Shown piece by piece: positions 18,966 through 27,081 of a stretch of DNA of 64,000 nt. The number at the start of each line of letters is the position of its first letter. Within the stretch, counting starts at the first letter, position 1. The stretch covers positions 256,001 to 320,000 of the forward strand of contig CAVQKE010000006.1 in NCBI GenBank assembly GCA_963713045.1, written 5' to 3'. Below the pieces are notes generated by a model that did not search any database, was not told where the DNA came from, and saw nothing but the letters and a program-made list of their open reading frames with translations. A program made the position numbers and the translations under genes. The DNA is from an uncultured delta proteobacterium. GTDB lineage: Bacteria > Myxococcota > Myxococcia > Myxococcales > Myxococcaceae.

Positions 18966-20030
18966 TCAGGCGGGCTCCTGCTGCGTCATGCAGTGCAAGG
19001 TGCCGAGGCCCCACACCAAGTCCAGCGCGTGGATGCCCACCACCTCGCGGTTGGGGAAGAGGCGGGCCAACGTCCCCAAGGCCACCCGGTCAGCTGGGTC
19101 ATTGAAGGTCGGCACCAGGACGACGCGGTTGGCAATGTAGAAGTTGGCGTAGCTGGCTGGCAGCCGTTGGCCATCCCAGTCGACCGGCTGCGGCATGGGA
19201 AGTGGCACAACGTGCAACGGCCGTCCGTCGGCGTCCGTCATCGAGGCAAGACGCCGGCGGTTGTCCTCCAGCCTTTCGAAATTGGCGTCGCTGCGTTTCC
19301 TCTCGGTGGCCAGCACCACGGTGGTTTCGTCGACGAAGCGTGCCAAGTCGTCCACGTGTCCGTGCGTGTCGTCGCCGACGATGCCTTCTCCAAGCCACAG
19401 CACCTTGCGGATGCCGAGGTATTCGGAAAGCAGCCCCTCCAGGGCAGACCGCGACAGTCCAGGGTTTCGGGCCTGAATGGGAGAAAGCAGACATTCCTCG
19501 GTGGTGAGCAATGTTCCAGTTCCGTTGACGTCAACGCTTCCCCCCTCCAGCACCACCGGCTGAAGCCGTCCGCCGAAGCGCGCCGTGGGCTTCCACTGGC
19601 GGCGCTTCTGTGCCCGGGCAATGCGGTCGGGCACTTTGTCGTCCTTCAGGTGGTTGGGGTACTTGGCCCAGCCGTTGAAACGCCAATGGGTGAGGGCAAC
19701 TTCGCCTTCGGCGTGCTTGACGAAGAGGGGGCCATGGTCCCGCGTCCAACTTCGGTCGGTGGGGAATGGAAAAAAGTCCACCTGGCCCATGTCGACCCCG
19801 GCCCGCCGCAGCACTCGCCGGGCCTGCGCTGCCTGCGCGGGGCCATTGACTTCAATGCGCACCCGTTCGGAGCGGGACAACCAGCGCACAATCTCGGCGT
19901 AGACAAGCGGAATGGCTGGAAACTTTCCCGGCCAGTCCGACCGCTCGTGCGGCCAGGCCAACCAGGTGGCGGCGTGCGGCTCCCACTCCGCCGGCATGCG
20001 GAAGCCTCGGGCCGCGGGCGTGTCCTTCAT
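18966..20030 (-). CDS. aguA: Agmatine deiminase
   Basis: MPAEWEPH, WTRDHGP, EGGS, DDTHGHVDD, GLGTLHCMTQQ. Confidence 0.93.
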   Translation of the reverse strand: MKDTPAARGFRMPAEWEPHAATWLAWPHERSDWPGKFPAIPLVYAEIVRWLSRSERVRIEVNGPAQAAQARRVLRRAGVDMGQVDFFPFPTDRSWTRDHGPLFVKHAEGEVALTHWRFNGWAKYPNHLKDDKVPDRIARAQKRRQWKPTARFGGRLQPVVLEGGSVDVNGTGTLLTTEECLLSPIQARNPGLSRSALEGLLSEYLGIRKVLWLGEGIVGDDTHGHVDDLARFVDETTVVLATERKRSDANFERLEDNRRRLASMTDADGRPLHVVPLPMPQPVDWDGQRLPASYANFYIANRVVLVPTFNDPADRVALGTLARLFPNREVVGIHALDLVWGLGTLHCMTQQEPA

Positions 20031-20916
20031 TCGTCCAGCATGCGCCGCGTCATGCCGCCGTAGGCGTCAATGCGGCGGTCGCGCAGGAAGGGCCAGTTGC
20101 GCCGGACGTCCTCGGTGCGCTGCGGGTCGCATCGCACCACCAGCAGCTCCTCCTCGGTGCGCGACGCCTCGGCCAGCACCACGCCGAAGGGGTCTGCCAC
20201 GAAGCTTCCGCCCCAAAACTCAATGCCGCCCGTCGCCGGCCCCTCGTGGCCTACGCGGTTGACGGCCGCGACGAAGAGGCCATTGGCGATGGCGTGCGAG
20301 CGCTGAATGGTTTGCCAGGCCGAAGCTTGGGCCGCGCCAAACTCGGCCTTCTCCTGCGGGTGCCAGCCGATGGCCGTCGGATAGAAGAGGATGTCCGCCC
20401 CGGTGAGGGCGGTGAGTCGCGCGCCTTCCGGGATACCACTGGTCCCAGCAGACGAGTGTTCCCAGACGCCCATGCGCGGTGTCGAAGCTTTTGAAGCCGA
20501 GGTCTCCCGGCGTGAAATAAAACTTCTCGTAAAAAGAGAGGATCGTCCGGAATGTGCATTTTCCGGTAGAGGCCCCGGCTGCTGCCATCGGTGTCCAGCA
20601 CCACCACCGTGTTGTGGTAGAGGCCCGGCGCCCGCTTCTCGAAGAGGCTGGCCAGGATGACCACTTGTAATTCTTTGGCCAGCGGCGCCAGCCGCTCGGT
20701 CGACGGCCCGGGAATGGTTTCCGCCAAGTCGAAGAGGGCGACGTCCTCGCGCTGGCAGAAATACTGGCTGCGGAAAAGTTCCGGCAGGCACACCACCTGT
20801 GCGCCGCGCTGGGCCGCCTCCCGAATCAACCGCACTGCCTTGTCCAAATTCTCGGCGGGGCTCGGCGAGCAGCGCATTTGCACGAGTCCGACCGTGAACG
20901 GCTTCTTGTCACCCAT
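20027..20916 (-). pseudogene. aguB: N-carbamoylputrescine amidase (carbon-nitrogen hydrolase) interrupted by two +1 frameshifts; may be an assembly error
   Basis: CLPELF...YRKMHIPDDPLF | YEKFYFTPGD...LVCWDQWY | PEGAR...YPTAIGWH in three frames; extra T in 20531-20535 and extra C near 20430-20432. Confidence 0.85.
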
Positions 20917-21044
20917 GGCGGCAGGGACGCTGCCCAGGCAGATGCCCAGCTGTCAACCGACAGTGCTGAGAAGGAAGACCTCCCAGCTGGCCTTCGGCAG
21001 GCCGGGAGTCCGGTGGAGTGTGTGGTGCGCCTTTCCCAACGGTC

Positions 21045-22523
21045 TCAGGCCCGGCGCAGGGACGGACCGCGCGCGCGGCGCAGCAGTTGGTGGGCGATGT
21101 CCCCCAGCGTCCGCAGCGCAGCGTGGATGCGTTCGTCGTCGGGGATGCCGGTGTTGATGCGAATGCAACTTTGGTAGCCGGTGCCCGCGGCGGAAAAAAT
21201 GGGGCCGGGAGCGACGGCAATTCCGCGCTCGAGCGCCTCGGCATGCAATGCCAGGGCGTCGACGCCATCCGGCATTTGCACCCACAACAGGGTGCCCCCT
21301 TCGGGACGGGTAATCCGGGTCCCCTCCGGGAGCGCCTGGCTGAGGGTTTCCCGCATGCGGTTCATCTGTCCGGCCAGCGTTCGCCGCAGCGTGCGCAGGT
21401 GCCGGTCATAGCCTCCGGCTTGGAGGAGCTCGGCGATGGCCATTTGAAGCAGCGTCGGGGTGGCCACCGTCTGAGCGAACTTCAAGAGTTCCACCCGCTC
21501 GGCGAAGCGCCCAGGGGCGGCCCAACCGATGCGCCAGCCCGGAGCCAGCGTCTTGCTGAAGGAACCGCACAACATCACCCAGCCCTCTTTGTCCCAGGCT
21601 TTGGCGGCCCGGGGCCGCAACGGCCCGAAGTGAAGGTCTCCGTAAATGTCATCCTCGATGAGGGGCACCTGGGCCCGGCGGACAAGTTCCACCAATTCCT
21701 GTTTGCGCTCGTCGGGCATGACGGTGCCGAGGGGGTTGCTGAAGTTGGTGACCACCAGCACCGCGCGCACTGGGTGCCGGTGCAGCGCCTCGGCCAGGGC
21801 ATCCAGCTGGATGCCGTCGCGCGGGTGGGTGGGAATCTCCAGCGCGCGCAGCCCCAGGGCCTCGACCACCCGCAGCACGCCGTAGTAGGCCGGCGATTCG
21901 AGGGCGACGATGTCGCCTGGGCGGGCCACGGCCAACAGGCATAGCGAGACGGCTTCGCTTGCCCCGCAGGTGGTGATGAAGTCGTCGGCCGAGAGGGTGC
22001 AGCCCCAGCTGAGAGAACGACGGGCGAGCTGCTGCCGAAGCGGCGGCCAGCCCGGCGGCATGTCGTACTCGAGGCCGATGCCGCCCACTTCGCGCGCCAG
22101 CGCCGCCAGCACCCGGTTGAGTGGCTTACTGGGCAAGAGCTGCGTCGACGGGACGGCCGCCCCCAGCTGCACCATGCGCTCGTCCCGGGCGGCGGCGTAC
22201 ACGCGCCGGACCAGGTCACTCACCTCGGGCTCCGCAGCGCGTCGCGACGGGCGGCTGGTGGCGGGCTCCGGCACGGGCGCCGGACGCGCCGGGAGCCGGA
22301 CGTAGTGCCCCGACTGGGGGCGCGCCTCGACCAAGTCCTTCGCCTCGAGCAGCTGGTAGGCCTGCAGCACGGTGGAGACGCTGACCCGCTCCTGAAGCGA
22401 CAGGGCGCGCACCGAGGGCAGTCGGTCCCCTGGAGAGAGGATGCCTGCGGCAATGGCATCCCCCAGCTTCTCGGCCACCCGCTCAAACAGCAGCGTCCTT
22501 GGAGTCTGGACGGGTGTTGCCAT
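21045..22523 (-). CDS. MocR/GabR family regulator (GntR HTH plus PLP aminotransferase-like domain)
   Basis: GDRLPSVR, EARPQSGHYV, IEDDIYGDL, SFSKTLAPGWRIGW. Confidence 0.92.
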   Translation of the reverse strand: MATPVQTPRTLLFERVAEKLGDAIAAGILSPGDRLPSVRALSLQERVSVSTVLQAYQLLEAKDLVEARPQSGHYVRLPARPAPVPEPATSRPSRRAAEPEVSDLVRRVYAAARDERMVQLGAAVPSTQLLPSKPLNRVLAALAREVGGIGLEYDMPPGWPPLRQQLARRSLSWGCTLSADDFITTCGASEAVSLCLLAVARPGDIVALESPAYYGVLRVVEALGLRALEIPTHPRDGIQLDALAEALHRHPVRAVLVVTNFSNPLGTVMPDERKQELVELVRRAQVPLIEDDIYGDLHFGPLRPRAAKAWDKEGWVMLCGSFSKTLAPGWRIGWAAPGRFAERVELLKFAQTVATPTLLQMAIAELLQAGGYDRHLRTLRRTLAGQMNRMRETLSQALPEGTRITRPEGGTLLWVQMPDGVDALALHAEALERGIAVAPGPIFSAAGTGYQSCIRINTGIPDDERIHAALRTLGDIAHQLLRRARGPSLRRA

Positions 22524-22577
22524 GAACGCCTCTCCTTTTCGGGCCGAAAGGTGGACTTAGCGCCCAGCCGGGGTGCA

Positions 22578-22631
22578 AACCAGCACAGTGCCAGCCGTTG
22601 GCCCGCCAGCCCGTCCCGGACTGTGCCGGTT
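22578..22631. promoter_or_regulatory. Inverted repeat AACCAGCACAGT-N30-ACTGTGCCGGTT, probable MocR operator
   Basis: 11/12 matching arms 55-108 bp upstream of the MocR start. Confidence 0.55.
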
Positions 22632-22642
22632 GTCGCCGGCCC

Positions 22643-24424
22643 TCAATAGCGCCAGGAGGTGGTGTCCGCGCCGGCGGGCGCCGTCTTGAGGAAATGCTCG
22701 ACCAACAGCGGGATGAAGCGGGAGTGGTAGGTGAGGCGCGACTCGAAATTCATGTGTTCGGCGTCCCCGCTCCAGCAGTGACCGTCGCGGCTGCCGTAGC
22801 GGACCACGGCGTCCGAGTGGGGGTTGGACGTGGAACGGAGGAAGGCGTCGAGGCGCACCACTGCACCGTCCAGGAAGTAGGTGTCCAAGTTTCCGACATT
22901 GACCCAGAGTTTCCCCTGCAACTTGGGGCCGAGAGTGGCCCAGTCCCGCTGGAGGATGTGGGTCAAGTCGTAATGCTCGCGCCAGTAGCTGGCCACCTGG
23001 GGGTGGAGGACGCCGGTGCGCTTGTCCCAGAGGGGCTCCGGATAGCCGTCCTCTCCCACCGGTGAGGAGACGGCCTGCCAAGCGTCGAATTGCCCACCCG
23101 AACGGGTGTGACTGCCGAGCACCAACTCGAGCAGGTTGTCCTGCTCCATCGTGTTTGTCGGGTAGCCATCGGCGTTGCGCGCCGAGGCGCGCGGCGTCCG
23201 CCGAAAGGGCCCCTCGCTGAAGTAGGCGTTCTGGTCGGCGTACAGGTTCACCGTCACGAAAGCCCGGTAGTCGACGGGGTCCGGGCAATTGGCGATGGCC
23301 CCGTTGTACGCGTCCGGGTACAGCACTTGGTCGGCCAACGAAATCCACCCACCGGTGGAACCACCGTACAGGCCCCGAGCCCAGGGCCCCAGGCCGCGGT
23401 ACTTCTGCTCCAGGTACGGGACGAATTCTTCGGTAATGGCGTCTCCGTAGGGGCCGAGGTTGGCCGAATTCACGGCGTAGGAGTCGTCGTAGTAGGGGTT
23501 GGCATCCTGCAGCTGGACGAGCAGCACGCGTGGAAAGCCGGGGCCGGTCCACTGCTGATGAAAGCGCCAGCCATACTCCTCCACCATGCGCGTGTAGCCG
23601 TACTTCTCGCAGTCCTCATGGCCGTTGGGGCAATGACGGGCAAGGCCCGCTAAGTCCACCGGTGGAAGCTTCGGGTCGGGTGGCTCGCCGCGGTAGCCAA
23701 AGAGCTCCGCCGAGAAATGCCCCTCGGAAATGACGAGCGGGTAGTGGGCCTCGGGGTGGCTGTCCCAGCCTTCCGGCAGCAGCACCAGTGCGCTGAGGAA
23801 GGTGTCTCGTCCCCAAAAGCGGGACAATTTTTCACTCCGGAAGCGGACGTGCTTGAGGTAGCGCGTGTCTGGAAGCGTCGGCAACGGCGGCAGCGCATGG
23901 TCGAGCTGGAGTGCCACCGTCGTCCCTCCGCCCGGGTCGAGGTGCATGCGCTTCGGCGTGGAGACCAGGTTTCCCGGGGCCTGGTTCCATTGCTGGCCTT
24001 CGCCCCGGTCCGGCGGCAGCTTCACCACGGCGCCGTCGCCCCGATGAAACGTCTCAAACGGGTGGAGGACTGCCTGCACCCAATAGTCGCCGGGAGGAAG
24101 CCCTCTCAGCGAGGCGATGGGGTAGCCCAGCACGGCGTCGTCGATGGCGGCCTCAGCTTGAGGCTTCCATCCATCCACGTCGATGCCGAAAACTTCCGGC
24201 GTCTGGTCGCTGTTTTCATCGACGTCAACCTGAAGCCTTGGCTCGGGTGTCCCCCCCACAGCCACGACGACCACCAGTCGGCCGTCGAGGGGCCCCGGCG
24301 CGAGTTCCACCGGGTAGCGAACGACGAAGCGCGTGGACGGCGCGGCCGGGGGTGCCTCCGACTGCCCGACCGTCTGACAAGCGAGGACCACCGGCAGAAG
24401 GAGCGCGACTGGAGGCGGACGCAT
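22643..24424 (-). CDS. Alpha/beta-hydrolase (esterase-like) lipoprotein
   Basis: Lipobox VLAC, GGSTGGW nucleophile elbow, DSYAVNSANLGPY, GHCW. Confidence 0.85.
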   Translation of the reverse strand: MRPPPVALLLPVVLACQTVGQSEAPPAAPSTRFVVRYPVELAPGPLDGRLVVVVAVGGTPEPRLQVDVDENSDQTPEVFGIDVDGWKPQAEAAIDDAVLGYPIASLRGLPPGDYWVQAVLHPFETFHRGDGAVVKLPPDRGEGQQWNQAPGNLVSTPKRMHLDPGGGTTVALQLDHALPPLPTLPDTRYLKHVRFRSEKLSRFWGRDTFLSALVLLPEGWDSHPEAHYPLVISEGHFSAELFGYRGEPPDPKLPPVDLAGLARHCPNGHEDCEKYGYTRMVEEYGWRFHQQWTGPGFPRVLLVQLQDANPYYDDSYAVNSANLGPYGDAITEEFVPYLEQKYRGLGPWARGLYGGSTGGWISLADQVLYPDAYNGAIANCPDPVDYRAFVTVNLYADQNAYFSEGPFRRTPRASARNADGYPTNTMEQDNLLELVLGSHTRSGGQFDAWQAVSSPVGEDGYPEPLWDKRTGVLHPQVASYWREHYDLTHILQRDWATLGPKLQGKLWVNVGNLDTYFLDGAVVRLDAFLRSTSNPHSDAVVRYGSRDGHCWSGDAEHMNFESRLTYHSRFIPLLVEHFLKTAPAGADTTSWRY

Positions 24425-24560
24425 CACCCCCACATAGTCGCTCGCCGGGCCAAGAAAAGGAGTTTGGCTTTCTGTCCAGACCGACACCTACCTTGCGTGC
24501 GCGTGGCCGAGTGCACTATGGACGGAATCCCAGTGTGTGCCCCGCGTGGGCTCCGTAGGG

Positions 24561-24992
24561 ATGCAGAGCACTCGCCGACAAAGCCGCTGGAGCCGCCGCA
24601 GCCCCCCGGTGGCCGGTGGCCTGTGCCTCCTCCTCATTGGCGTCCAGGTCCTCGGCCTGACACACCTGCTGCTCGAGCGGCACGGGATGTGTTGGGAACA
24701 CGGCACCGTTACTGAGCTCGGCAGAGGCGACTCCGTTGCAGGGGCCCCCGAGGAAGTCGCCGGGCCCCTCGGCCTGCACAGCGGTCAGTCCGCCGCGGTC
24801 GAGGACGTCGATGACCACCACTGTCCAGTCCAAGCGGCACGCCGTGACTGGGGCAATCCGCCCGGCGTCGCCGAGTTGGCACTCGTCGTTGGCTCGCTAG
24901 TCTGCGCCGTCGGCCCGGGCGATGCTTCGTCCCGAGCGGACGACACGCTGCTGCTGCGTGCCCCGAAGCAGTCTCCCCCGGGCAGCGCCTAA
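24561..24992 (+). CDS. DUF2946-like small membrane protein / candidate metal-sensing leader ORF
   Basis: One TM helix, HLLLERHGMCWEHG, DDHHCP, C-terminal LLRAPKQSPP. Confidence 0.65.
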   Translation: MQSTRRQSRWSRRSPPVAGGLCLLLIGVQVLGLTHLLLERHGMCWEHGTVTELGRGDSVAGAPEEVAGPLGLHSGQSAAVEDVDDHHCPVQAARRDWGNPPGVAELALVVGSLVCAVGPGDASSRADDTLLLRAPKQSPPGSA

Positions 24993-25173
24993 CTCCGGTC
25001 CCTTCGTACCGACGGGGTGCCGCGCCGAAATGCGGCCTTCCTGAACGTCATGGGCCCGGGCTGGACGTTGTGGCGCGGCGCACGCCGCCGCGACCCCAGC
25101 GCCTTCCCTTTGTGGGGGCTCCCCCGCAGGCTTCGAGACCCCCGTCCCTCTCCACCCAACCTAGGCGCTTTCT

Positions 25174-25872
25174 ATGCACATTGTTTCTCACCTCAAACAG
25201 GCCCTCACCGGACTTCACGCCTCGTGGGTGATGTGGCTCCTGATGCTTCTTTCCATCGCCAGCCTCGTTCTCATCATCGAGCGGCTGTTCTTCTTTCGCT
25301 CCATTCGGGACGATGTCGGCGGCCTCGCCCGTGAGCTGGATGAGCTATTGCGCGCGACACGCTACCGGGACGCCATCCACCGAATGCGGAAGTCCAAGTC
25401 GGCGGAGGCGAGCGTCGTGCTGGCAGGCCTGCTTCATGCGGACATGGGCCCGCTCTCGGCCCAGGAGGCGATGGAGGGTGCTGAGGCTCTCGAGCGGATG
25501 CGACTAGAACGGGGGCTCGCCTTCCTCGGCACGTTGGGAAACAACGCCCCCTTCATCGGTCTTCTGGGAACGGTCATCGGCGTCATCGAAGCCTTTGAGG
25601 TGTTGGGGACCACCGACGCCTTGAGGGCGACGGCCGGCTCTTCCGCCACCATCATGACGGGGATTTCCGAGGCGTTGGTAGCGACGGCGGTTGGCCTGTT
25701 TGTCGCCATTCCAGCCGTCGCCGCCTTCAACTATTTCCAGCGCCGGATTCAGTCCACGCTCGCCAACACCGAGGCGCTGTCCAAGGTGCTGCTCGCGCAC
25801 TTGAACGCTGAGGTGGCCCCCAATCCGCCGCGCGTCGAGGACCCAGCGACTGCCGTCCAGGGAGGTGCGTGA
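25174..25872 (+). CDS. exbB: MotA/TolQ/ExbB proton channel
   Basis: LGTLGNNAPFIGLLGTVIG, GISEALVATAVGLFVAIPA. Confidence 0.92.
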   Translation: MHIVSHLKQALTGLHASWVMWLLMLLSIASLVLIIERLFFFRSIRDDVGGLARELDELLRATRYRDAIHRMRKSKSAEASVVLAGLLHADMGPLSAQEAMEGAEALERMRLERGLAFLGTLGNNAPFIGLLGTVIGVIEAFEVLGTTDALRATAGSSATIMTGISEALVATAVGLFVAIPAVAAFNYFQRRIQSTLANTEALSKVLLAHLNAEVAPNPPRVEDPATAVQGGA

Positions 25873-25873
25873 G

Positions 25874-26308
25874 GTGGCCGCCAACGGCAACGGGTCGAAT
25901 CAGATGATTTCTGGCATCAACGTCACGCCGTTGGTGGACATCATGCTGGTGCTGCTCATCATCTTCATGGTGACGGCGAAGTTGGTCATTGCTCCGGCGA
26001 CTGCGCTTCCTCTGGAGCTCCCGAAGGCCGCGAGTGGAGAGGCGACGCAGATTATTTTCTCCGTCGGTCTTCTGCCCGATGGGAGCACCACGGTGAATGG
26101 GCAAAAGGTGGCGAGCGACGACGCCATTTTGCCGCTGGTGCGTGCCGAGCGAGCAGCCCACCCGGACCTCAACGTTGTCATTCAGGCCGACGGACACGTC
26201 TACCACGAGCGTGTCATCCACGTGATGGACCTCTTGGCGCAAGCGGACGTCACCCACATCGCCTTTGGGGTTGTCGTGCCCAGTGGCGCCTCTCCCCGGC
26301 CCCCATGA
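25874..26308 (+). CDS. exbD: ExbD/TolR protein
   Basis: INVTPLVDIMLVLLIIFMV, IQADG. Confidence 0.92.
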   Translation: MAANGNGSNQMISGINVTPLVDIMLVLLIIFMVTAKLVIAPATALPLELPKAASGEATQIIFSVGLLPDGSTTVNGQKVASDDAILPLVRAERAAHPDLNVVIQADGHVYHERVIHVMDLLAQADVTHIAFGVVVPSGASPRPP

Positions 26309-27081
26309 CTGTGTCGGTCGACCGTCGACCACTTCGCTACCCCATTCCGCCGGGCTCACTGGGCCCGCGGCCGGGGCCCTTTTACGCAAAGTGGCTGGGA
26401 CGGGACGAGGAGCGCCCGTGGCGCGTCGTTTCGGCGGTCGCCATCGCCCTGCTGGTGCATGCCGTTCTCATCGGCTTGAGCCTACGGAGTGAGGCGGCCC
26501 CGACCGCGCCTCCTCCGGTGGTGCTGACCCAAAGCGTCACATTGGAGAAGCCGCCGCCCCCTCCGCCTGAGCCGCCCCCGCCCCCGCCAGCCCGCCGAAA
26601 GCCAGAGAAGGCTCCCGCCGCGGCTGCGGCGGGGAAGGTCGTTGCCGTGGCTCCGACGCCAGACCGTCCACTGGACATGACCGGTTTCGACATGGTGATT
26701 GGAAAGGGAAACGTGTACGCCGGCGGCGTCACTGCCTCGACGGGAACCAGTTTGACGGCAGTCACCGACGTCCACGCGGCTGCTCGCGGAACGGGCGTCA
26801 GTCAAGCGCGCCTGGCGGCACCAGCGCGCACCGATTGGGCCTGCGCCTGGCCCCAAGAGGAGGAAAACACGGACCTAAAGAGCGTCCGTGTCCTCATCGC
26901 CGTGCACGTCGACCGCGATGGGGAGCCCCAAGGTGTCGACATTCTCGGCCCGGCGACCCCCACCTTCGAGCGGGCGGCTCGGCACTGTGCACTGAGCGAG
27001 ACCTATGTCTTTGCGCGGGATGAGTCTGGCCGCGCCATTTCTGGAACCACCCCGCCGTTCTCGGTGCACTTCTTCCGATGA
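26305..27081 (+). CDS. tonB: TonB family energy transducer
   Basis: TM anchor with SxxxxLLVH, Pro-rich linker, TonB-C-like domain; ATGA overlaps on both sides. Confidence 0.78.
   Translation: MTVSVDRRPLRYPIPPGSLGPRPGPFYAKWLGRDEERPWRVVSAVAIALLVHAVLIGLSLRSEAAPTAPPPVVLTQSVTLEKPPPPPPEPPPPPPARRKPEKAPAAAAAGKVVAVAPTPDRPLDMTGFDMVIGKGNVYAGGVTASTGTSLTAVTDVHAAARGTGVSQARLAAPARTDWACAWPQEEENTDLKSVRVLIAVHVDRDGEPQGVDILGPATPTFERAARHCALSETYVFARDESGRAISGTTPPFSVHFFR

Noticed and set aside
24993..25173. Cobalamin riboswitch ahead of the TonB operon
   Set aside because: No recognisable B12 box or GGGAA/GCCACTG core motifs.
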